In this document: one piece after another, positions 25,487 through 32,000 of the stretch
Layout: each line of letters starts with the position of its first letter
Position numbering within the stretch: position 1 is the first letter of the stretch
Assembly: GCA_000025185.1 (NCBI GenBank)
Contig: CP001848.1
Location: forward strand, 6,090,001 to 6,122,000
Reading direction: 5' to 3'
Source: Pirellula staleyi DSM 6068
GTDB taxonomy: Bacteria; Planctomycetota; Planctomycetia; Pirellulales; Pirellulaceae
Length of the DNA stretch: 32,000 bases
The notes under the pieces: generated by a model
Databases searched by the model: none
What the model was told of the DNA's origin: nothing
The model's input: only the letters and a program-made list of their open reading frames with translations
Position numbers and translations under genes: made by a program

Positions 25487-26713
25487 TTAGTGCTCGATCA
25501 GGAACGAGAACGTGGCACCCACAAGTCCCATGTCTTGATCGGTAACGAAATAGATGTCGTCGAGATAGAACGGATCGCGGGCGACACTCGCAACCGAACT
25601 TCCCCACCACTGGGCTTCAAACGCTGCTCGCATACTAAACCGCGTCCGCTCGCCCCACCAGTTTCGCTCGAGGCCGATTTGCGTTTCGATGACCGGCACG
25701 AGATCGTAGGAGGATTCGCCGGAATCGATCGGAAACGTGAAATCTTCGGTGAATACAGCGTCGTATTGGTAACTAGTGTCGCCGAAGAGGAGCGAGCCTC
25801 GGAAGTTGCCGAAGGCAGCGAAGTTGTCGCCAAAAAGTGGTCGCCGCAGGTTGATGGATGCCGTGGGACCTACTCCGTCGAAGCTATTGGTAAATCGTGT
25901 AGCGAAGAAGGGAATACCGAGATCGACGGTGGATGCCGTTTCGGTATGGGCGACACGCAAACCTCCACCTAATTCCATTTCGAGGTTCCCCAAGCAATTG
26001 ATTTGGGTCATCTCGAAATCAAATGCCAACAGACCGAGCGACTGCGTCACTTCCATGCCAGTCAGATCGTCGGTGAAGAGATCGGAATCGGCATCGAGCC
26101 ACCAGAAACGCGTGCGGAAGCCAAAGCCCTCTTCGTTACGGACACCAACGAAGAATCGAGGGGTGGCTTGAAACCCATACGAGGGCTGAATCGATCCGAG
26201 AAAGCCCGAGGGGAGTCCGAAGTCGCCCGAGTCAGCGTCTCCAGCATCAGCCGCATCGGTATCGCCTGAATCAGCGTCTCCACCGTCAGCCCCATCTGCC
26301 CCGTCAGCCCCATCGCTACCGCCTGAACCAGCGTCTCCACCATCAGCCCCAAGACCACCGTCAGCAAACGGTCCGGCATCTCCCCCATCACCACCAAAAA
26401 CAATGGCGGAAAGGAAGTCGGCTTTGTTCTGAAAATGAGGACGAACGGTCACAAGTTCAAAACCGCCATACCAGCCACCGATAGGGCGATCGCAGCCGTG
26501 CGAACCGGTGTAGTAGCTGACGGGTGGCATTCGCTCAATCTCGGCAACTTCCGAGCGGAGTGTATCGAGTTCCGATTGCATGGCAGCGAACCGCGACTCG
26601 AGGTCGACGCCAGCAGGCTGACTCACCCACTCGACCGGTTGCTGGGCCACGACAGCCGACACAACGAGCAGACCTAGACTCAAAACAGTGAGACTCGACG
26701 TTCGTATTAACAT
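25487..26713 (-). CDS. Putative outer-membrane beta-barrel protein (BBP7/Lpg1974-like) with Asp/Gly-rich insertion
   Basis: The internal ATG at 26713 gives the signal peptide MLIRTSSLTVLSLGLLVVSAVVAQQ. This is followed by a short coiled coil, then GGWYGGFELVTVRPHF and alternating aromatic/hydrophilic strands to the C-terminus. The family call is from memory of planctomycete porin-like proteins. Confidence 0.75.
   Translation of the reverse strand: MLIRTSSLTVLSLGLLVVSAVVAQQPVEWVSQPAGVDLESRFAAMQSELDTLRSEVAEIERMPPVSYYTGSHGCDRPIGGWYGGFELVTVRPHFQNKADFLSAIVFGGDGGDAGPFADGGLGADGGDAGSGGSDGADGADGADGGDADSGDTDAADAGDADSGDFGLPSGFLGSIQPSYGFQATPRFFVGVRNEEGFGFRTRFWWLDADSDLFTDDLTGMEVTQSLGLLAFDFEMTQINCLGNLEMELGGGLRVAHTETASTVDLGIPFFATRFTNSFDGVGPTASINLRRPLFGDNFAAFGNFRGSLLFGDTSYQYDAVFTEDFTFPIDSGESSYDLVPVIETQIGLERNWWGERTRFSMRAAFEAQWWGSSVASVARDPFYLDDIYFVTDQDMGLVGATFSFLIEH
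26222..26395 (-). repeat. In-frame low-complexity Asp/Gly/Ala/Ser tandem-repeat region inside the porin-like gene
   Basis: Encodes GGDGGDAGPFADGGLGADGGDAGSGGSDGADGADGADGGDADSGDTDAADAGDADSGD. At DNA level there are 9-bp units (gtcagcccc/atctgcccc) and three copies of ga[ag]ncagcgtctcca[cg]c[ag]tcagcc. Confidence 0.8.
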
Positions 26714-27165
26714 CGGATCGAAGCATCCTTGCGGCAACAAGCAGTAGGTGAGGTCGATTCCTGTTTGCGAGGAAATACGGCTGCCGTAGGCAGGTTCTAC
26801 GACAGCTACTACCGTTGAATCGGTTGCGGAACGCATTACCGTCATCTCCAGATCATGCCGCGAGCGTGGAATTTGCTGCCCCCGCCACGAGAGGCATGTT
26901 TTTTTGTGAAGATCCGACAGAGTCGTCTCAAACGTTAAGGTTGATGCGTCAGGAATGGACTAGACGGCATTTTCGCACTGAAAACCGAGCGTTCGATTCG
27001 CCGCACTATCGCGGAGCCTCTGGTCCGGACGGTTGCCGTGGGAGAGGTTTTACGGTCTTCTTATTAGTGACTAACGTGATGAATTCTTCACCTTTCGCCA
27101 CTTTGGCGGCGATGGGTGCGAGTGCTCGAGAGAACCAAATCAACTGGCTGGGGCGGAGCGTCGCC

Positions 27166-28212
27166 ATGACCTCGGATAAACAACCCGCAATGGAAGAGCA
27201 CGAAATGAGCTCGCCGCTGCCTGTTCCCCCGGCAGCCGACTGCTGGTACTTAACCGGCGCAACAGCAGCCGGGAAATCGGCGGTAGCGATCGAGTTGGCG
27301 GGGCGTTTGAACGCCGAAATCATCTCGCTCGACAGCATGGCGGTTTACGAAGGGATGGATATTGGCACCGCGAAGCCAAGTGCCGAACAACGGGCTGCTG
27401 TGCCGCATCATTTGCTGGATGTCGTGCCGCCAACCGAAGACTACAGCTTGAGCAGCTATATCGACGCCGCTCACGAGGCGATTGCCAAGATTCGAGCTGC
27501 GGGGAAAGTGCCACTGTTTGTTGGGGGGACGCCGCTGTACCTCAAATCGCTGCTTCGCGGGGTCTATCAGGGTCCTCCAGCCGACTGGGAATTTCGGGAG
27601 CAAATCGAGCAGGAACTGCACACACTTCCGCTCGAGGCACTGCACGAGCGACTTTCCGTGATCGATCCGCTCGCTGCAGCGAAGCTGCATCCGCACGACA
27701 AACGGCGCATCGTGCGAGCGCTCGAAGTCTTTCGCTTGACAGGAGTTCCGCTCAGCCACCAGCAGATGCAGTTCGACGAAGGCCGACCTGCAACTGCCAT
27801 GCATGTGTTCGTTTTGCAGTGGCCACGCGAGCAGCTCCACGAGCGAATTCAGGCCCGGGTCGATCAAATGTTTGCAGCTGGGCTGGTCGACGAAGTTCGA
27901 GGGCTCTTGAAAAGGTATGGCTCACTCAGCCGAACTGCTTGTCAGGCCGTAGGTTACCGCGAAGTTCTCGACTATCTGCGGTCGCTCGGTGAGGTAAACG
28001 CCGACGACGAGCATCCCCGCCCTGCCCCGATGACACTCGCCGATTGCAGCGAACGTGTGAAGATTCGGACCCGTCAATTTGCTCGGCGTCAGGAAACATG
28101 GTTCCGCTCGCTCAGCGAGTGCACGTTTGTGCCTCAAGTGCATGGCAAATCACCACTTATAATCGCGGACGAGATTCTGGCGATGTGCAGTGGATCGGCT
28201 ACGACGGCGTAG
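27166..28212 (+). CDS. miaA: tRNA dimethylallyltransferase
   Basis: P-loop GATAAGKS, ISLDSMAVYEGMDIGTAKP and GGTPLYLKSLL. The tracked ORF starts at 26815, but the first ~117 codons are not protein-like. ATGs at 27166, 27190 and 27205 are the plausible starts. Confidence 0.92.
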   Translation: MTSDKQPAMEEHEMSSPLPVPPAADCWYLTGATAAGKSAVAIELAGRLNAEIISLDSMAVYEGMDIGTAKPSAEQRAAVPHHLLDVVPPTEDYSLSSYIDAAHEAIAKIRAAGKVPLFVGGTPLYLKSLLRGVYQGPPADWEFREQIEQELHTLPLEALHERLSVIDPLAAAKLHPHDKRRIVRALEVFRLTGVPLSHQQMQFDEGRPATAMHVFVLQWPREQLHERIQARVDQMFAAGLVDEVRGLLKRYGSLSRTACQAVGYREVLDYLRSLGEVNADDEHPRPAPMTLADCSERVKIRTRQFARRQETWFRSLSECTFVPQVHGKSPLIIADEILAMCSGSATTA

Positions 28213-28471
28213 CGCGACGGTAGGCGACGAATAATCCACACATTCTGTAGCCGATCGCTTACGAAGCCGAGATTCTCGGCACGAAGCGAATCTGGCCAAC
28301 TTTGCGCAACTTGGGTGTCCGTCTACACTAAGGAGCTTGCGCAAGGATTCGATACGGGCCCCACGAACCAGCCCGACGCTGCAAGCCTCTTCATGCTTGG
28401 GCGATATCGACACTTTGCATCCTGCTGGTCGATCACCTCGACAGCAAAACTACTGACAAACTATCGCGCAG

Positions 28472-28526
28472 TTCCTCAGGAACCTCTAAGTAAACACTTA
28501 GCAATTCCTGAGGAATTCCTGACGAA
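28472..28526 (+). promoter_or_regulatory. Nested stem-loop / triple TTCCTNAGGAA-like motif upstream of aspS
   Basis: TTCCTCAGGAA (28472-28482) pairs with TTCCTGAGGAA (28505-28515). The inner stem is CTAAGT (28486-28491) / ACTTAG (28496-28501). A third near-copy, TTCCTGACGAA (28516-28526), follows in tandem. The element ends 51 nt before the aspS TTG start. Confidence 0.4.
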
Positions 28527-28576
28527 TACCTTCAGCACTCGACAAAACTTTTGACAGAATTTCGGGAGAGTTTCCC

Positions 28577-30352
28577 TTGCTTCGGACACACACTTGCGGC
28601 GAGCTGCGATCGACTCATGTTGGTGAAGTCGTTTCCTTGTGCGGATGGGTCGACAAATCGCGCGATCACGGTGGCACCCTCTTTATCGACCTGCGCGATC
28701 GCTACGGCAAAACACAAGTCGTGTTCGAGCCCGATGCTGGTGCCGAACTCTATGCCGAAGCTTCCAAGCTGCGTGGCGAAGATGTGATTAAGGTCACTGG
28801 CAAAGTGATCGTTCGTCCCGAAGGTACTCGCAACGCCAAGCTCTCGACTGGCGATGTCGAACTGCAAGTCACCGCGCTCGAGCTGCTGAACAAGTGCAAC
28901 AACGCGCCGTTTTCGCCAAGTCAGCAAGACCTTCCGGGCGAGGACTTGCGACTGAAGTATCGCTACCTCGATCTGCGTCGCAGCGAGATGCAAAAGACAC
29001 TCGTGCTGCGCTCGTCGATCATCAAAGCGATGCGCGACTATTTCGAAGAAAATCAGTTCATCGACGTCGAGACACCGATTCTCGGCCGTAGCACGCCTGA
29101 AGGGGCTCGCGACTATCTTGTTCCCAGCCGCGTGCATAACGGCTCGTTCTACGCCCTGCCGCAATCGCCTCAGCTATACAAGCAAATTCTGATGGTCGCG
29201 GGCTACGATCGCTACGTGCAAGTCGCGCGCTGTTTTCGCGACGAAGACCTGCGAGCTGATCGTCAACCTGAGTTCACCCAGCTCGACCTCGAGATGTCGT
29301 TCGTCACCCACGAAGATGTGATGTCGATGATCGATGGGCTGATGAAAAAGCTCGCCAAGCAATTCCTCAATATCGATCTGCAACTCCCTTTGCCACGCAT
29401 GACGTGGGACGAAGCGATGGAGCGTTTTGGTCACGATGCGCCCGACCTTCGCTATGGCTGCGAACTGATCGACTGCACCGATTTGGCCGCGAAATGCGAC
29501 TTCCGCGTTTTCAAAGAAACAGCCGAGCAAGGTAAGAAACTGCGCGGCATTTGTGCCCCTGGTGGCGGCAAACTCTACAGTCGCAAACTGATCGACGAAC
29601 TCACTGAATTCGTTAAGCAATTTGAGGCGAAGGGGCTCGCTTGGTTCCGCGTGGAAGACGACGGCAAACTCTTCTCACCAATCGCCAAGAACTTCACCGA
29701 AGCACAGCTCGAAGAATTCAAAACACGGATGCAGGCTAAGCCCGGAGACATCATGTTCTTCGTCGCCGACACCTGGGCCGTGTCGTGCAAAGCGCTGCAC
29801 AACTTGCGCAAGAAGATTGGCGTCGATCTGAAGCTTTACGATCCCAAAACGATGAACTTCTCGTGGGTCGTCGAGTTCCCGATGTTCGAATACGACGCCG
29901 AAGAAAAGCGTTGGGTGAGCATGCATCACCCCTTCACCGCGCCTCGTCCACAAGACTTGCACATGCTCGACAGCGATCCTGCAAAGTCGCGCGCCGTGGC
30001 TTACGACCTCGTGATTAACGGCAGCGAAGCGGGCGGTGGAACGATTCGTATCCACGACTGGCAAGTGCAGCAAAAGGTGTTCGGCCTCTTAGGCATCGAC
30101 GAAGAGACCGCCAAGAATCGCTTTGGCTTTTTGCTCGAAGCACTACAGTTCGGCGCGCCACCGCATGGTGGTATTGCGCTCGGTATCGATCGCGTCGTGA
30201 TGCTGTTCGGAGCACTCGATAGCATTCGCGAAGTGATCGCCTTCCCGAAGACGCAAAAAGCTGCCGACCTGATGACCGAAGCCCCCAACTTGGTCGACAA
30301 CAAACAGCTTCGCGAACTGGGAATCAAACTCGCTTCGGCGGATAAGCCCTAG
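28577..30352 (+). CDS. aspS: Aspartate--tRNA ligase (bacterial type)
   Basis: A TTG start gives the canonical N-terminus MLRTHTCGELR. Class II motifs FRDEDLRADRQPEFTQLD, GGGTIRIH and GIALGIDR. 591 aa. Confidence 0.97.
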   Translation: MLRTHTCGELRSTHVGEVVSLCGWVDKSRDHGGTLFIDLRDRYGKTQVVFEPDAGAELYAEASKLRGEDVIKVTGKVIVRPEGTRNAKLSTGDVELQVTALELLNKCNNAPFSPSQQDLPGEDLRLKYRYLDLRRSEMQKTLVLRSSIIKAMRDYFEENQFIDVETPILGRSTPEGARDYLVPSRVHNGSFYALPQSPQLYKQILMVAGYDRYVQVARCFRDEDLRADRQPEFTQLDLEMSFVTHEDVMSMIDGLMKKLAKQFLNIDLQLPLPRMTWDEAMERFGHDAPDLRYGCELIDCTDLAAKCDFRVFKETAEQGKKLRGICAPGGGKLYSRKLIDELTEFVKQFEAKGLAWFRVEDDGKLFSPIAKNFTEAQLEEFKTRMQAKPGDIMFFVADTWAVSCKALHNLRKKIGVDLKLYDPKTMNFSWVVEFPMFEYDAEEKRWVSMHHPFTAPRPQDLHMLDSDPAKSRAVAYDLVINGSEAGGGTIRIHDWQVQQKVFGLLGIDEETAKNRFGFLLEALQFGAPPHGGIALGIDRVVMLFGALDSIREVIAFPKTQKAADLMTEAPNLVDNKQLRELGIKLASADKP

Positions 30353-30457
30353 TAGGCATTTTCCTTATCGCGTTCGGCTCTTGATCAGCGGCAATCAAAG
30401 CTCCGATCTGCATCGTCGATTGAAAAGAATCGTCGATGCGCCAGACCTCTAAGCAAC

Positions 30458-30513
30458 AAAAAACGACCTCGGGCGAGATGGCTGTCTCACACGAGGTCGT
30501 TTGGTATTTTTTT
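30458..30513. terminator. Bidirectional intrinsic terminator between convergent aspS and the 30560-30868 gene
   Basis: An 11-bp stem, AAACGACCTCG (30461-30471) / CGAGGTCGTTT (30492-30502), is flanked by an A6 run (30458-30463) and a T7 run (30507-30513). Confidence 0.75.
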
Positions 30514-30559
30514 AGATAAGCGGAGCCCAAGTCGGCTGATTCGATCAGCTAGCGGGCTA

Positions 30560-30868
30560 CTATTCCGTGATCGCTTCTTTAACTTTACCGACAAAGTGCG
30601 GGCTCTTGCCGCTGGCCGATAGTTCAGCAGCCTTGGCTTCGGCTTGACGCTTTTGCGTAAAGTCATAGAGGGCAACGCGTTTCATCGACTGATTGAACAC
30701 GCCCCAGAACAGCTTCATGCGAGCTGGCTCAGCACTTTTGGCACGGCTCTTTCGCTTGGTGACCTTCTTCTCTGGTTTGGCTTTCTTGACGCCATCTTCA
30801 GTTTCCAGAGCATCAGCAGCATCGGATTCTGCACGAAGTGCCTTGCGACTAACGACTTTGCGTGCCAT
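30560..30868 (-). CDS. Small basic hypothetical protein (102 aa)
   Basis: ATG at 30868. Lys/Ala/Glu-rich N-terminal half and a compact C-terminal half. A clean terminator follows. No family recognised. Confidence 0.6.
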   Translation of the reverse strand: MARKVVSRKALRAESDAADALETEDGVKKAKPEKKVTKRKSRAKSAEPARMKLFWGVFNQSMKRVALYDFTQKRQAEAKAAELSASGKSPHFVGKVKEAITE

Positions 30869-30918
30869 ACGAGATTAGACCACCAGAAGTACAGTTGAGA
30901 GACCAAAAACCGCTCGTT

Positions 30919-31018
30919 CGAGGGACCATTGGACCTATTGTCCCTCGCGATTTGCATATCTTAATGCAAATGGAGTTTCGTTGCCAGTTGGGCTTGGGGA
31001 GAGGCCATTCTCCCAAGC
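30919..31018 (-). other. Three consecutive stem-loops in the 204-bp spacer between the BFD-like gene and the small basic-protein gene
   Basis: CGAGGGAC (30919-30926) / GTCCCTCG (30940-30947). TTTGCAT (30951-30957) / ATGCAAA (30964-30970). GCTTGGGGAGA (30992-31002) / TCTCCCAAGC (31009-31018) with a 1-nt bulge. Confidence 0.3.
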
Positions 31019-31072
31019 ACGCCGATGCCACCTGGGTGGTACCGGGCGAAGAAGCCCGCCATGGAAGTTCGG

Positions 31073-31387
31073 CTAATCGACTTCATCTTCCGGCAGGTCA
31101 GCCACCGGCGTCGCTCCTGGCGGCGGTTTGCCACCACCCGCTCGCACATACTTGCCACGCATCTGGGCATACTCATCGGTCGTCGGGAAATCGACCTTCG
31201 TCTCGCCACCAATCACTGCCTGCTCGAACATCCGCTCGAGAAACGGTCGACACCAGCCACAACCGGTTCCCGCCCCAAAACATTCGCTCAGCTGTGCTGG
31301 CCTGCGCGGCTTTTCGATCCGAATAAAATTCTGCACCTTCCGCCGCGTCACATGAAAGCAGAGGCACAGTTCGTCATCGAGTTCCAT
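31073..31387 (-). CDS. BFD-like [2Fe-2S]-binding domain protein
   Basis: LCLCFHVTRRKV ... SECFGAGTGCGWC (CxC...CxxC pattern of bacterioferritin-associated ferredoxin-like domains), followed by a Gly/Pro-rich tail. Confidence 0.8.
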   Translation of the reverse strand: MELDDELCLCFHVTRRKVQNFIRIEKPRRPAQLSECFGAGTGCGWCRPFLERMFEQAVIGGETKVDFPTTDEYAQMRGKYVRAGGGKPPPGATPVADLPEDEVD

Positions 31388-31596
31388 CGCTGCTGCCTCA
31401 AATTTTTAGTCGTAGGATCACCGAGGAGATGCTGACAGCACCAAATAACTATCTCGCAATGTATTGCTATACACCGTCGAAAACATTCAGTGGGGTCTTA
31501 CCCTCTAATCGCTCAATATCACCGGCCGGCGACGAGCGATGGTCCCCAAAATCTGCCCCGAGACTTCGGTCGAGTGCATGGTGTTGTTCGGTGCCT

Positions 31597-31992
31597 TTAC
31601 GACGTAGCGTACCACGCCGCAGCGATTTGTTCCGATAACCGGGCAAGTTGCTTCTTCGATGCTGGCCAGGATTTTTCGAAGTCCACAAGAACACAAGATT
31701 CGGGCAAGTGGTGTTCGTAAAAGCCCCGGCAGTAACAAGGATTCAGCAAATCGGCATCGTGGCGTTGTCGCGATGCGGAAAGCGATTCATGGTCGAGCGT
31801 AATCCAGAGCGTAATCAGTCCATTTGGTAGGTCTTCGAAACGTATGATCGGTTCAGTTGACGTTCGTTCCAAGGTAGCCAGAAAAGCTGCCCCGATCCCC
31901 GGCGTGCTGAGGCGAAAATGCTTCTTGGCTCGGCGCACAATGTCGGAGGTAGCGCCGACGAGAGCAACGTGAATTGGTTGAGGCATGCTCAT
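31597..31992 (-). CDS. Hypothetical protein (may extend beyond the window edge)
   Basis: ATG at 31992 (MSMPQPIHV). The two in-frame codons left before the window end contain no stop, so the true start could lie upstream. Codon usage looks gene-like. No family recognised. Confidence 0.5.
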   Translation of the reverse strand: MSMPQPIHVALVGATSDIVRRAKKHFRLSTPGIGAAFLATLERTSTEPIIRFEDLPNGLITLWITLDHESLSASRQRHDADLLNPCYCRGFYEHHLPESCVLVDFEKSWPASKKQLARLSEQIAAAWYATS

Positions 31993-32000
31993 GGTGTAGT

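Noticed and set aside
26222-26395. Short tandem repeats considered as a CRISPR-like or non-coding VNTR array
   Set aside because: The repeats are 9-bp scale, imperfect and in frame within a long ORF, with no spacers. It is a coding low-complexity tract, not a CRISPR array.
26815-27165. 117-codon N-terminal extension of the miaA ORF
   Set aside because: The extension is not protein-like and would give a 465-aa MiaA, versus the usual ~300-350 aa. The P-loop begins about 20-30 residues after the ATGs at 27166-27205.
27245-27253. Fourth copy of TACTTAACC inside miaA
   Set aside because: It is a single copy within conserved coding sequence (codons for WYLTG). That is compatible with chance for a 9-mer in 64 kb of two-strand sequence.
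28213-28554. The frame stays open for 114 codons after the miaA TAG stop, in the same frame (tracked ORF 28315-28554); possible read-through or upstream ORF of aspS
   Set aside because: The translated sequence (RDGRRRIIHTFCSRS...) is not protein-like, GC3 collapses in its second half, and the segment is dominated by palindromes. It is most simply non-coding. I kept it only as a regulatory-region finding.
28551-28556. TTGACA as a -35 box for aspS
   Set aside because: No acceptable -10 hexamer lies 16-18 nt downstream, and the site is only 20 nt from the start codon. This is insufficient support for a promoter call.
28532-29164. 210-aa minus-strand ORF
   Set aside because: It is antisense to the 5' part of aspS. 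It is a shadow ORF.

Overview
This 32-kb window (by eye ~55-57% GC) looks like core chromosome from a Planctomycetota, Pirellulales-like genome. That assignment is an inference from a DUF1559/H-X9-DG-like protein, a BBP7/Lpg1974-like porin, several non-ATG starts and many long antisense ORFs. I support 30 CDS. I found no rRNA, tRNA, CRISPR array, integrase/transposase or prophage signal. Most genes are housekeeping: rnr, an LpxH-like phosphoesterase plus a glycosyltransferase, yhaM-like, ilvN-ilvC, a radical SAM enzyme, a [2Fe-2S] ferredoxin, hemY, paiB, a SpoU methyltransferase, UDP-glucuronate decarboxylase, an amidohydrolase, hisG, hisE, miaA, aspS and a BFD-like ferredoxin. The least ordinary locus is 22690-26713. 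It holds an 871-aa homologue of the metazoan vitamin K-dependent gamma-carboxylase, including the catalytic-Lys motif and lumenal-domain motifs, with an added coiled-coil insertion and C-terminal MORN-variant repeats. A porin-like gene with an Asp/Gly-rich repeat insertion sits directly upstream on the same strand. Other points worth a second look are a solitary gamma-class N6-adenine DNA methyltransferase with no nuclease partner and a small-protein / radical-SAM / 2-TM-protein / ferredoxin cluster. Several strong intergenic palindromes or repeat clusters also stand out, at 7410-7436, 10179-10202, 17848-17888, 25362-25413, 28472-28526 and 30919-31018. I cannot show that any of these is a new system. 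All family assignments rest on motifs read by eye and need HMM or BLAST confirmation.
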